Source of the DNA: an uncultured delta proteobacterium
GTDB taxonomy: Bacteria > Myxococcota > Myxococcia > Myxococcales > Myxococcaceae
DNA length: 64,000 nucleotides
Direction: 5' to 3'
Assembly: GCA_963771175.1 (NCBI GenBank)
Contig: CAVYSY010000032.1
Location: 256,001-320,000 of the forward strand
The notes below the pieces were generated by a model. That model made no database searches and had not been told where the DNA came from. It saw only the letters and a program-made list of their open reading frames with translations. This document shows positions 40,352 through 50,980 of the stretch, piece by piece. Numbering within the stretch: the first letter of the stretch is position 1; each line of letters starts with the position of its first letter. The position numbers and the translations under genes were made by a program.

Positions 40352-41250
40352 ACCCGCAGGAATCGCCCCACCGCGATGAAGCTGCCGCCCAGCCCCAGCG
40401 CGCAGCCCGCCACCAGCAGCTCCAGGGCGATCCTCGGCTCCAGCAGCGGCACCATGCCTCCGGGCCCCACCAGGAAGGAGAACAGTGACGCCAGCCCCGG
40501 CCCCACCAGCCGCTCGAAGGTCAGCAGGGCCGCCAGCGCCACCACGGCCCCGAGCAGCCCCTGCAGGAAGCCCTCGATGAGGAAGGGCGCCTTGACGAAG
40601 CGGTCCGTCGCGCCCACCAGCTTCTGGATTTCAATCTCCCCGCGCCGCGCGTAGATGGCGAGCTGGAGCGTCGCGGAGACGATGACCACCGTGGCCAGCA
40701 GCACCACCGCGAAGGCGATCCATCCGCCGTAGCGTAGCGCCTTCGAGATGGCCGACAGCCGCTCCACCGCCTCCTCGCCGTAGTCCACGCCGGTGACACC
40801 GGGCATGGTGCGCAGCTCCTGCGCGAGCGCCTTCAGCTCGCCGGGCGTGCGCCGCTCCGAGGGCACCTCCAGCTCCAACGAGGGCGGCAGCGGGTTCTCC
40901 GGCAGGTGCGTCAGCGCTTCGCCCAGGTCGCCCAGCTCACGCTCGAGGCGCTCGAGCGCCACTTGAGGAGGCACCAGCGTGGCCCGGCCTCCGCTGGTGG
41001 TTTCCATCCGCTCGCGCAGCACCGCGGCGCCCTCCTCGTCGAGCTCGGGCGACAGGTACACCGTCACCTGCACCTCGCCGCCCAGCGAACCGAGCAGCCC
41101 ATCCACCATCCGTCCCACGGCCTGTGCCAGCCCCGCGGAGAAGAGGGCGATGGCGATGGTGGTCACCGCGATGAAGTGGATGAAGGGCGCGTGCCGCAGG
41201 CCCGAGGCCGCCGAGCGCCAGAAGTAGGCCGCCTTCGCCAGCGCGCTCAT
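40348..41250 (-). CDS. ftsX: Cell division permease FtsX
   Basis: ENPLP, RRGEIEIQKLVGAT, PFLIEG. Confidence 0.92.
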   Translation of the reverse strand: MSALAKAAYFWRSAASGLRHAPFIHFIAVTTIAIALFSAGLAQAVGRMVDGLLGSLGGEVQVTVYLSPELDEEGAAVLRERMETTSGGRATLVPPQVALERLERELGDLGEALTHLPENPLPPSLELEVPSERRTPGELKALAQELRTMPGVTGVDYGEEAVERLSAISKALRYGGWIAFAVVLLATVVIVSATLQLAIYARRGEIEIQKLVGATDRFVKAPFLIEGFLQGLLGAVVALAALLTFERLVGPGLASLFSFLVGPGGMVPLLEPRIALELLVAGCALGLGGSFIAVGRFLRV

Positions 41251-41942
41251 CCCGCCGCCATCCGCCGGGCGGCCTTCACGCCGTCCTCGTCCGAAACGAT
41301 CATCCCCCGCTCCAGCCGCAGGGTGCGCTTCTGGTAGCGGGTGATGAGGCTGGTGTCGTGGGTGGCCACCATCACCGTGGTGCCGCGCACGTTCACGTCC
41401 ATCAGCAGGTCCATGATCTCCAGCGTGAGCGCCGGGTCCAGGTTCCCCGTGGGCTCGTCCGCCAGGAGGATGGTGGGATCGTTCACGAGCGCCCGGGCGA
41501 TGACGACGCGCTGCTGCTCACCACCCGAGAGCTTCAGCGGCAGGGAGTCCGCCTTGTGCTGCAGGCCCACCAGCTTGAGCATGCGCTGCACGCGATCGCG
41601 CGCCTCGGCGCGGGGCACCCCGAGCACGTCCAGGGCGAAGGCCACGTTGTCGGACACCGTGCGGTGCGGCAGCAGCTTGAAGTCCTGGAACACCACGCCG
41701 ACGTTGCGGCGCAGATAGGGGATGGCCGACTCGCGGATGCGCGCGATGTTGCGCCCCCCCACGAGCACCTGTCCCTTGGTGGCCTTCTCCGCGCAGAAGA
41801 TGAGCTTCATGAGCGTCGTCTTCCCCGCGCCCGAGGGCCCGGTGAGGAAGACGAACTCGCCCTTCTCCACATGGAGGTTGATGTCCGAGAGGACGGGCGG
41901 ATCCCCGGGGTACGCCTTGTAGACGTGGAACATCTGAATCAT
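41247..41942 (-). CDS. ftsE: Cell division ATP-binding protein FtsE
   Basis: [32 protein letters not shown]. Confidence 0.95.
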   Translation of the reverse strand: MIQMFHVYKAYPGDPPVLSDINLHVEKGEFVFLTGPSGAGKTTLMKLIFCAEKATKGQVLVGGRNIARIRESAIPYLRRNVGVVFQDFKLLPHRTVSDNVAFALDVLGVPRAEARDRVQRMLKLVGLQHKADSLPLKLSGGEQQRVVIARALVNDPTILLADEPTGNLDPALTLEIMDLLMDVNVRGTTVMVATHDTSLITRYQKRTLRLERGMIVSDEDGVKAARRMAAG

Positions 41943-41955
41943 GGGCGGGGCGATT

Positions 41956-42633
41956 ATGGCCCTGCTCGTGCCACCTATGCCACGGTGGGCGCGTGGCCAC
42001 GCCCAACTCCCCGAGTGCGACCTCCCCCTCGCCCTCCCGCACCCGCCGTTTCGGGCTGCTCGCCGGGCCGATTGCCGCCGCGGCCCCGATGCTCGTCCCC
42101 TCGGGGCTCCACACGGTGCCCGGCCAGGGACACCGCCCGGCCGCCGCCGCCGCCGTGGCCGCCTGGATGGCCCTCTGGTGGTTCACCGAGGCCGTCCCCA
42201 TGGCCTGGACCGCCCTCCTCTCCCTCGTCCTCTTCCCCGCGCTGGGTGTTTTCGACACCAGCGGCCTGCCCGCCTCCCTCGGCCGCGCCGCCCTGCCCTA
42301 CAGCCCTACGTCGACCCCTACATCTTCCTCTTCCTGGGGGGCATGGCCCTGGGGGCCGCGCTGGAGCAGTGGCACCTGCACCGCAGAATCGCCCTCCTCA
42401 TCATGCGCGCCATCGGCACCTCACCCCAGCGGCTGCTGCTCGGCATGCTGGTGGCCACCGCGACCATCTCGCTGTGGATTTCCAACACCGCCACCGCGGT
42501 GATGATGGTGCCCATCGGTCTGGCGCTCATCGCCCAGCTCGAGGCCAGCGAGGGCCGCCGGCTGGGGCATTTCGGCGCCGCGCTGATGCTGGGCGTCGCC
42601 TACGGCTCCAACATCGGAGGTATCGGGACGAAG
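41956..42633 (+). pseudogene. Truncated, frameshifted copy of the SLC13/DASS gene 5' half (direct repeat of 43675-44344)
   Basis: Near-identical to 43675-44344; extra 8 bp (GCCCTACA duplication near 42295) shifts the frame; identity stops after GGGACGAAG. Confidence 0.88.
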
Positions 42634-42755
42634 CACATGTTTTCTTCGGAACAAACTCTTTGGACTCCCGGCCTCCTCCCATCCGCCTTCCGTACCATGG
42701 AGGTTGTTGAGCATGAGTGTCAGGAAGAACGGATAAGTACGTGGCGGACAAAGAG

Positions 42756-43220
42756 ATGAGATTGATTGTTTTGATGACCGCCATGGCGGTGCTCAGCGTC
42801 GGATGCGCCCACGGGCAACGGCCAGAAAACCGAATCTACGTCATCTCCGAGGATGCGCGTGGAGTCGGCTCCGCTCTCGGCACTGGCGGTGCTGGCTTCC
42901 GCGACTGCGATGCGGAGCATGCCCAATGCTTCAAAGAGTGTTGGAACGCCCCTACCCTGCCATGGCCTCACACGAAACGGGACGAATGGTATAACGAATA
43001 TTGCACCAGGGAATGCCGCAAGCAGTATATGGAATGCGAAAAGGAGAATGAGAAGAAAGCGAAAGAACTGAAGTTCTCGCGCGTTGAGGACGCGGTTGGA
43101 TGGATCCGGGCGCACAAGACCGAAGTGGCGCTTGGTACGGTCGTCATCATCGCTGGCGTTGCCTTCGTCATTACGACTGGTGGCTCTGGCGCGCTGATTC
43201 TGGCTCCTCTTGCCCTCTAA
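42756..43220 (+). CDS. Cys-rich lipoprotein with hydrophobic C-terminus (candidate toxin)
   Basis: Lipobox LSVGC; CX6CX3C...CX3CX6C; hydrophobic tail; low GC. Confidence 0.75.
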   Translation: MRLIVLMTAMAVLSVGCAHGQRPENRIYVISEDARGVGSALGTGGAGFRDCDAEHAQCFKECWNAPTLPWPHTKRDEWYNEYCTRECRKQYMECEKENEKKAKELKFSRVEDAVGWIRAHKTEVALGTVVIIAGVAFVITTGGSGALILAPLAL

Positions 43221-43232
43221 CCTGGTGCACCC

Positions 43233-43610
43233 ATGACCTATCATTCAAACTTCGATGTTGATGCCGTCATGAAGACGCTCGGCACCGTGGGCGCGAAGTA
43301 CCCAGAGGGCACGCCGGAAGACGAGGCGCTCCGGATTGCCTCGGTGGCGTTGCTTTACCTCCGTGACATCCAGAAACTGGATGAATACCGCGATTACTTT
43401 CAGAGGTTCTTCACCTATAAGCCGGTGACCATTGCTCAAACGTTCGTAACGAGAGAGGAAGCGGACAAGTGGCTCGCCAGTGGAAATGCCAGGGATGGCG
43501 ATCTCGTCAAAATCGCTGACCAGGGCTTTGTCGTGTATGACATGCCGAAGGGATTGAAGTTCGTCCCGAGGCCCCTGCCGGAAGAACTGGAATCTCCAGA
43601 TTCGAAGTAG
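43233..43610 (+). CDS. Cytoplasmic partner protein (candidate immunity)
   Basis: 125-aa ORF 12 nt downstream, low GC, no signal peptide; FVTREEADKWL motif. Confidence 0.7.
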   Translation: MTYHSNFDVDAVMKTLGTVGAKYPEGTPEDEALRIASVALLYLRDIQKLDEYRDYFQRFFTYKPVTIAQTFVTREEADKWLASGNARDGDLVKIADQGFVVYDMPKGLKFVPRPLPEELESPDSK

Positions 43611-43674
43611 GCCCCTCCCATGGAGCGGCACGCCTTTCGGCCAGATGGCCACATCAGGAACCAACCCCGGGCCC

Positions 43675-44344
43675 ATGGCCCTGCTCGTGCCACCTGTGTC
43701 ACGGTGGGAACGTGGCTTCCCGCTCGACCCGGAGTGCGCCCCCCACCTCGCCGTCCCGTGTGCGCCTGGTTGGCCTGCTCGCCGGGCCGCTTGCCGCCGC
43801 CGCGCTCCTGCTCATCCCCTCGGGGCTTCACACCGTGCCCAGCATGGGCCACCGCCCCGCCGCCGCCGCTGCCGTGGCCGCCTGGATGGCCCTCTGGTGG
43901 TTCACCGAGGCCGTCCCCATGGCCTGGACCGCCCTCCTCCCGCTCGTCCTCTTCCCCGCGCTGGGTGTTTTCGACACCAGCGGCCTGCCCGCCTCCCTCG
44001 GCCGCGCCGCCCTGCCCTACGTGGACCCCTACATCTTCCTCTTCCTCGGCGGCATGGCCCTGGGCGCCGCGCTGGAGCAGTGGAACCTGCACCGGCGCAT
44101 CGCCCTGCTCATCATGCGCGCCATCGGCACCTCGCCCCAGCGGCTGCTGCTCGGCATGCTGGTGGCCACCGCGACCATCTCGCTGTGGATTTCCAACACC
44201 GCCACCGCGGTGATGATGGTGCCCATCGGTCTGGCGCTCATCGCCCAGCTCGAGGCCAGCGAGGGCCGCCGGCTGGGGCACTTCGGCGCCGCGCTGATGC
44301 TGGGGGTCGCCTACGGCTCCAACATCGGCGGGATCGGGACGAAG
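43675..44344 (+). repeat. Second copy of the ~670-bp direct repeat
   Basis: Matches 41956-42633 from ATGGCCCTGCTCGTGCCACC to GGGACGAAG. Confidence 0.9.
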
Positions 44345-45202
44345 ATTGGCAGTCCCACGAACTCCGTCTTCGCGGGCGTGGCCTCGCGGCGGCTGGCCAC
44401 CGAGGTGGGTTTCATCGAGTACATGGTGGCCGCCCTGCCCTTCGTCGTCCTCTTCCTTCCGCTCGTGTGGTGGGTGCTGTGGCGCAAGGGGCGCGAGGAT
44501 GCGCCTGGGCCCCGGGCAGGGGGTGGACGTCATCCAGCGAGAGCTGGCCGCGCTCGGGCCGCTGTCGGGTGGCGAGAAGGTGGTGGGCACCGTCTTCCTC
44601 GTGGCCGCGGTGCTGTGGATGGGAGGGGACTTCCTCCGGGGCGTGCTCACCCCGTGGGTGGCCTCGGCCTTCGGCGGCTTCAAGCTGCTGGGCAAGCACT
44701 ACGAGGCGGGCGTGGCGCTGCTCGGCCGCCGGGACGCTGGCGCTCCTGGGCCGGCTGTCGCTGGCGGGCCCTCGCCCGGGTGCCCTGGGACACGCTGCTG
44801 CTGCTGGGAGGAGGCTTCGCGCTCGCCGCCGGCATCGAGGGCAGCGGCCTGTCCACGTACATGGCCTCGCGACTGGCGGGCCTCGAGTCCCTGGGCGCCC
44901 CCGCCCAGTACGGCGCCGTGGCCCTGGCCACCGTGCTGCTGTCCGCCGTGGCTTCCAACACGGCCACGGTGAACGTGCTGCTCAACGTGCTGCCCGCCTC
45001 GCTGCCCCTGCTCGCGGTGAGCACCTACGCCTCGTCGTGCGACTTCGCCCTGCCCGCGGGCACTCCGCCCAACGCCATCGTCTTCGGCAGTGGCTACGTG
45101 CGCCTGCCCACGATGATGAAGGTGGGGGTAGCGCTGGACGTGCTCGCCGCGGCGCTCCTCACCGTCTACGGACTCGTGTGGGTGCGCTTCGTGCTCGGCT
45201 GA
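43712..45202 (+). CDS. SLC13/DASS sodium:dicarboxylate or sulfate symporter; internal frameshifts
   Basis: WWFTEAVP, LHRRIAL, SNTATA, GSPTN, LPAGTPPNAIVF. Confidence 0.9.
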   Translation: MASRSTRSAPPTSPSRVRLVGLLAGPLAAAALLLIPSGLHTVPSMGHRPAAAAAVAAWMALWWFTEAVPMAWTALLPLVLFPALGVFDTSGLPASLGRAALPYVDPYIFLFLGGMALGAALEQWNLHRRIALLIMRAIGTSPQRLLLGMLVATATISLWISNTATAVMMVPIGLALIAQLEASEGRRLGHFGAALMLGVAYGSNIGGIGTKIGSPTNSVFAGVASRRLATEVGFIEYMVAALPFVVLFLPLVWWVLWRKGREDAPGPRAGGGRHPARAGRARAAVGWREGGGHRLPRGRGAVDGRGLPPGRAHPVGGLGLRRLQAAGQALRGGRGAARPPGRWRSWAGCRWRALARVPWDTLLLLGGGFALAAGIEGSGLSTYMASRLAGLESLGAPAQYGAVALATVLLSAVASNTATVNVLLNVLPASLPLLAVSTYASSCDFALPAGTPPNAIVFGSGYVRLPTMMKVGVALDVLAAALLTVYGLVWVRFVLG

Positions 45203-45218
45203 GCACGGGGACGGCGGA

Positions 45219-45767
45219 CTACTGGTTGTCCTCGCCCGCCAGGTAGCTGAGGATGACCTCGTCCAGGCTCTTCTCGGAGATGAGGTCCTCTCCGAAGAGC
45301 GTCTCCACGCCCACCTCGTTGATCTTCGGCGCGACCTGCAGGGCGCGCGCGGCGGCGATCTCCGGGGGGACGAAGGCGGCGGGCGGCGCGACGGGCTGCG
45401 CAGGCTTGGCGACCGGCTGCGGCTGGCGCGCGTGGGCGGCGTCCTCGGCCGAGCCGAGCTGCCCGGGCTGGTAGTGGCGCACGCCCGTGGTGTCGAAGCC
45501 GTCGTACACGCCGTTGATGAGGTTGCGCAGCATCTCCTTGTGCTGCTCCTCCATCAATTCGCGCACGACCTCGGCGAGGTTCTCGGCGTTGAGGATGTCG
45601 GCGTACGACGTCTTCTTCGACGCGAGGATGTTCCCGCCCACGAACAGGTGGGTGATGATGTGGGGGTTGTTGACTCCCGAGTCCTCGGTCTGGACGTGGT
45701 AGACCTTCCCCTTGTACTTGATGTTGTGGTTGAAGCCAGTGACGGCTTTTTCGAAGGTTTTCGCCAT
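45219..45767 (-). CDS. Conserved hypothetical protein
   Basis: GFNHNIKYKGKVYHVQTEDSG...KSLDEVILSYL; strong codon bias. Confidence 0.8.
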   Translation of the reverse strand: MAKTFEKAVTGFNHNIKYKGKVYHVQTEDSGVNNPHIITHLFVGGNILASKKTSYADILNAENLAEVVRELMEEQHKEMLRNLINGVYDGFDTTGVRHYQPGQLGSAEDAAHARQPQPVAKPAQPVAPPAAFVPPEIAAARALQVAPKINEVGVETLFGEDLISEKSLDEVILSYLAGEDNQ

Positions 45768-45978
45768 GCCCGAGTGCGCGGACCGTACCAGCGGGACATG
45801 GGGGTGACAAGGAACGCGTCAGTCCGGCTCGGTTGAATGCCTGCTGGCCTCCCGGCTTGAAGGCCAGGCACCTGCACCATTCACCAGATGACTTCGTCTG
45901 GAATCCCTCCGTAGACTGCGGCCGCCACGGGGGGAAGGCAGCCGCCGGATCCACACACCGCGACGGGAAGAAGGACGA

Positions 45979-46844
45979 ATGAAGAACGAGCTCAAGAACC
46001 AGCTGCGCCAGCAGGACGCCCACGGCGCTGGCCCAGGGCTACTCGCCCGCCATCCGTGCCATGGAGATCGCGAGCATCGTCACCTTCGTGTCGCTGGAGG
46101 CCACCCTGGTCTACCGGCTGTGGGGCAACGCCTACACCGGGCACCTGGCTGCTGCTGAGTGCCGTGCTGCTGGGCTACCTGGCGGCGGACTTCGTCTCCG
46201 GCTTCGTCCACTGGATGGGCGACACCTGGGGCTCCACCGAGATGCCCGTGCTCGGCAAGGCCTTCATCCGGCCCTTCCGCGAGCACCACGTCGACGAGAA
46301 GGCCATCACCCGCCACGACTTCGTGGAGACCAACGGCAACAACTGCCTCGTCTCCATCCCCGTGGCCATCCTGGCCGTGGCCCTGCCGCACTCCAGCCCG
46401 GGCTGGGTGTTCGTCTCCGGCGTTCCTCGGGCTCGATGATCTTCTGGGTGATGGCGACCAACCAGTTCCACAAGTGGTCGCACATGGACGAGCCGCCCGC
46501 CGCTCGTCGGCTTCCTGCAGCGCATCCACCTCATCCTGCCGCCGGACCACCACCAGGTGCACCACACGGCGCCCTTCAACAAGTACTACTGCATCACCGT
46601 GGGCTGGCTGAACAAGCCGCTCACGATGATCCAGCTTCTTCCCGCACGCTGGAGCGGCTCATCACCTGGGCCACCGGCCTGATTCCCGCGCCAGGACGAC
46701 ATCGGCACCGAGGCCGCCCTGGAGCTGCTTCGAGGCCACCGCCAGCCGCCGAGCCCCCCGTGGTGCCAGGCCGCCAAGGAGCTGCTCGCAGGCCACCGCC
46801 GAGGAGGCGGCAAGCCGCGTCTCCGGCCCGTGCGGCCGTCCTAG
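45979..46844 (+). CDS. carF: Plasmanylethanolamine desaturase CarF (TMEM189 family); frameshifted
   Basis: [46 protein letters not shown]...YYCITVGW His motifs. Confidence 0.92.
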
Positions 46845-47665
46845 AAGGACAGGTCCACCTGCTCGGCGGAGTGGATGGGCCGGCCCAGGAAGCGCGCCCC
46901 CACCTCCACGAAGCGCTCCGGCACGTCCGTGACGAAGTAGCGCGTGCTGAGGGCGTGCCTCCGGCCGGCGCCAGCAGCCCCCGCTCCTGCCAGCAGCACC
47001 GCCACCGCCTCCGCCGTGGCCTCCGCCGAGTCCACCAGCGCCACCTGCGGCCCCACGGCCTCGGCGATGACGTCCTTGAGCAGCGGGTAGTGGGTGCAGC
47101 CCAGCACCAGCGTGTCCACGCCGCTCGCGAGCGAAGTCCGCCAGGTACTCGCGCGCCACCAGCCGCGGCACGTCGCCCGCCGTCCACCCCTCCTCCGCCA
47201 GCGGCACGAAGAGCGGGCAGGCCCGCGCCTTCACCCGCACTCCCTCGGGCCCCGCCGCCGCCTCCAGCTCGCGCTGGTAGGCGCCCGGAGCGGATGGTGC
47301 CCGGCGTGCCGATGACGCCCACGCCGCCGCCCCGCGTGCGCCGCAGCGCCGCCCGCGCCCCCGGGGCGATGACGCCCAGCACCGGCACCGGCAGCGCCGC
47401 CGACAGCGCCGGCAGCGCCACCGCCGAGGCCGTGTTGCACGCCACCACCAGCAGCTTGATGCCGCGCTCCAGCAGGAACTCCGCGTTCTTCAGCGAGTAG
47501 CGCGTCACCACCTCGCCGGACTTGGTGCCGTAGGGCACGCGCGCGGTGTCACCCAGGTACAGCGGTGCTCTCGTGCGGCAGGTGGGACATCAGCGCCTTG
47601 AGGACGGTGAGCCCTCCGACGCCCGAATCGAAGACGCCGATGGGACTGTGGCTGCCTTGCCGCAT
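46841..47665 (-). CDS. murI: Glutamate racemase; frameshifted
   Basis: [36 protein letters not shown]. Confidence 0.94.
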
Positions 47666-47780
47666 GTCCGGCGTTCCCTATCACGTTTGATGCCAACCCA
47701 TGCGCCCGCCCGCAAAGCAAGGAGGGCCGAGGCGGATGCCCCGGCCCTCCGACGGCAGGCAGGCTGCCGGTGGGTGCGGA

Positions 47781-48838
47781 CTACTGCGGCGGCTGCTTGG
47801 AGATGATGATGCTCTCGGCCGGGGCCGTCGGGGTCCGCTGGTCGAAGGCGTTCACATCCACGTACGTCGGGGCACTATTCTCATTGGGTAGGAGATCGCC
47901 GAACCGACCATCCCGCGGATGAAGACCTTGTAGCGACCCGGCTTCAGGTACTGGTAGACGACGGGGGCGGCCGTGCAGGCATACGGGTCACCGGCCGTGC
48001 CGAAGACGGCCGAGTTGGTGGCCGTGTCGATCAGGTTGATGACCACGCCCGTGAGGCCCGCCTGGGTGCAGTCCTTGTACACGCCCGCGGAGCCGTCCCA
48101 GAGCTGCCACTTCAGGGACATGCCGCCCACCTCGAAGAACTTGTACGACACGTAGATGGAGCCCGAGCGCGGCAGCGTCATGGTGCCCTGGGTGGTGTAG
48201 AGGGGCTGCCCGTCCCGGTTGTACTTGTCGCGGCCATAGGCGATGAGCTCGATGCTGTGGATGCCCGGCTCCATCGGGGCCGACTTCGTCCCGATATCGG
48301 TCATGCCCTCCTCGCAGGTCAGGTTCACCCAGGGGCCGTTGTCGACGCTGACACTCACCCCGGTCACGTCGGCCTGCGCGCAGCTCGGGTTGGCGCTGGT
48401 GCTGGTGGCCGGGAAGGTCCAGGAGAGGTACGCGAAGGGCTTGCCGTTGGGCGTGAGGTCCATGCGGCACCCGCACGTTGCCGTCCACCGTGAAGCTGTC
48501 GGAGGCCGTGTAGATGACGAGGCCGGACGCATCGAGGGCCTCGATGGTGATGCTGTAGGTCCCCGGCCCGGAAGTCGTGCAGGGTGATGCCGTCCGTGCC
48601 CGCGGTGTTGCAGGGGTAGTAGCCGTTGGAGTCGAGCGTGCTCACCGGGGATGGTGACCTTGATGCTCTTCACGTCCGGCACGTTCACGCACCGGCCGTC
48701 GGCGCCGAACGTCCACGCGAGCGTCACGTTTCCGGGTTGGCCCGGCGCGGGCCCGGGATCACCACCGTGGTCGACGATGATGCAGCCGGTGCTCAGCGAG
48801 GCGAGGCATAGGAATGCGGCGAGGAGTCTTGCGTTCAT
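47781..48838 (-). CDS. Hypothetical lipoprotein with repeated Cys-containing beta domains; frameshifted
   Basis: Lipobox LSTGC; three similar W...C...C modules. Confidence 0.65.
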
Positions 48839-49016
48839 GGGGGCGTCCTCGGGGTGGAGGAAATGAGGGTGGGGAGCGGGCATTCGGCCCGTCACACTGA
48901 CCCCTCGGACGCCTGCCCTCGGGAATTATTCATGTCCGGCACGCGTCGCCAACCACCCCGCCTCCCGTGCCGCGTTTGTTTGACCCACCTGTATCGGGGT
49001 GTTACGCCTGTCCCCC

Positions 49017-49725
49017 ATGATGCCCCGCTTCCCGCTGACGCTCGGCGCCATGAACTACCTGCAGATCCTCCGCGACGCCTCGTTCCTGGAGCTGTTCGTG
49101 CTGGCCCTGCTCATGGGCGTCTCCGTCGCCTCGTGGGCGCTCATCGCACTGAAGCACACCCAGTTGTCGCGGGCCCGCGCCCAGTCGCTGACCTTCCTGG
49201 ACATCTTCTGGAAGGCGTCCCGGCTGGAGACCATCTACCAGGATGGCCCAGAAGCTCGAGGGCTCGCCGCTCTCCAAGGTGTTCTGCGCCGGCTACGAGG
49301 AGCTGAGCAAGCTGGCCCAGCACAAGGAGGGCACGGAGGGGGCCATGAGCGAGCGGCTCGGCGGCATCGAGAACGTGGAGCGCGCGCTCAACCGCGCCTC
49401 CACCTCGCAGATCATGGACCTGGAGTCGAGGGTGTCCTTCCTGGGCACGGTGGGCGCGGCGTCGCCCTTCGTGGGCCTGTTCGGCACGGTCATCGGCATC
49501 CTCAACGCCTTCAACGAGATCGCCGAGCAGGGCAACGCCACGCTGGCCACGGTGGCCGCGCCGGTGGGCAACGCGCTCTTCGCCACGGCGGCGGGCCTGT
49601 TCGCCGCGATTCCGGCGGTGGTCGCCTACAACTCGTTCGTCAGCCGCATCAAGGTGTTCGACACGGAGATGGCCAACTTCTCCGCGGACTTCCTCAACAT
49701 CGTCAAGCGGCACTTCTTCCGCTAG
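49017..49725 (+). CDS. tolQ: TolQ; frameshifted
   Basis: [36 protein letters not shown]. Confidence 0.92.
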
Positions 49726-49737
49726 GGGACGCGCGCC

Positions 49738-50203
49738 ATGGGCATGGGTGTCCAACCGCGGCAGTGGCCGCGTCACCATGAGCGAGATCAACGTCACGCC
49801 GATGGTGGACGTGATGCTGGTGCTGCTCATCATCTTCATGGTGACCGCGCCCCTCATCCAGCAGGGCGTGAAGGTGAACCTGCCGGAGACGAAGGCCGCC
49901 GCCGGTGGAGGCCGCCGACAAGAAGCTGGTGCTGTCCATCGACACGCAGCGGCGCGTCTTCATCGGCGAGGCCGAGGTGCCGCTGGACGAGCTGGAGGAG
50001 AAGCTGGCCGCCAACGCCAAGGCGCAGACGGACAAGGAGGTCTACCTGCACGCGGACCGGGACGTGCCCTACGGCGTGGTGGTGGACGTGATGGCCGCGG
50101 CGCAGCGCGCCGGCATCTCCAACGTGGGGATGATCACGGACCCGACGGCCGGGGGCTCGCGCGTCCAACAAGGGCAAGAAGGACGAAGGAGGCGAGGCGC
50201 TAG
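49738..50203 (+). CDS. tolR: TolR; frameshifted
   Basis: [32 protein letters not shown]. Confidence 0.92.
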
Positions 50204-50206
50204 CCC

Positions 50207-50980
50207 ATGCACCCGGCCGTCAACCAGAGCCTGCTCGTCCCGCGGCCCTCGCGCCTGGGACGCTTCGTCGCGGTGTCGCTGGTGGGCCACGGGCTGGTGC
50301 TGCTCGCCGTGGCGCTCTACGCCGCCTTCATCGCCGGGCCCCCGGTGGACCTGGACGCAGAAGCCCATCCGCGCCTCGCTGGTGCGCCTGGGCAAGCCGC
50401 GCGACGAGAAGCTGCTGCCGCGCAAGGAGGAGCTGCCGCCGCCGCCCAAGAAGGTGGAGGCCGCCCCCGCGCCGCCCACGCCCGCCGCGCCCGAGCCCGC
50501 CAAGGTGGCCGTGCCCATCCCCGGGGTGAAGCCGGAGCCCGCCCCCAAGCCCACGCCCCAGAAGGGCGAGAGCCAAGGGCGAGGACCGGAAGAAGCGCCT
50601 CTTCGGCGCCTTCGACAAGTTCGCCAAGTCCAAGCCCGAGGAGCTGGAGGGCGAGGAGGACGGCGACCCGAACGGCGACTCCGCCACCGCCGAGGGCGAG
50701 CGCTACTTCGGCCTGCTCTCCTCGCAGGTGCACCGCCACTACGACGTCTCCGACACCATCCCCGACTCCGAGCGCCTGCACCTCAAGGCCCAGGTGGCCA
50801 TGCGCCTCAGCCGCTCCGGCGAGGTGCTCGACGCCCGCCTCGCCAAGGCCAGCGGCAACGACCCTCTTCGACTCGGCCGTGCTGGCCGCGGTGAAGAAGG
50901 CCTCGCCCTTCTCCCCTCCCCCCGACCATCTGCGCGACGCGCTGCAGAAGAGCGGCATCGTCCTGGAGTTCAGCCCGTGA
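50207..50980 (+). CDS. tolA: TolA/TonB-like protein; frameshifted
   Basis: TM helix with SxxxH, Pro-rich linker, FDSAVLAAVKKASPF C-terminal domain; lies between tolR and tolB. Confidence 0.8.
   Translation: MHPAVNQSLLVPRPSRLGRFVAVSLVGHGLVLLAVALYAAFIAGPPVDLDAEAHPRLAGAPGQAARREAAAAQGGAAAAAQEGGGRPRAAHARRARARQGGRAHPRGEAGARPQAHAPEGREPRARTGRSASSAPSTSSPSPSPRSWRARRTATRTATPPPPRASATSACSPRRCTATTTSPTPSPTPSACTSRPRWPCASAAPARCSTPASPRPAATTLFDSAVLAAVKKASPFSPPPDHLRDALQKSGIVLEFSP

Noticed and set aside
42634..43674. Insertion sequence or prophage
   Set aside because: No transposase, integrase, terminal inverted repeats or phage genes.
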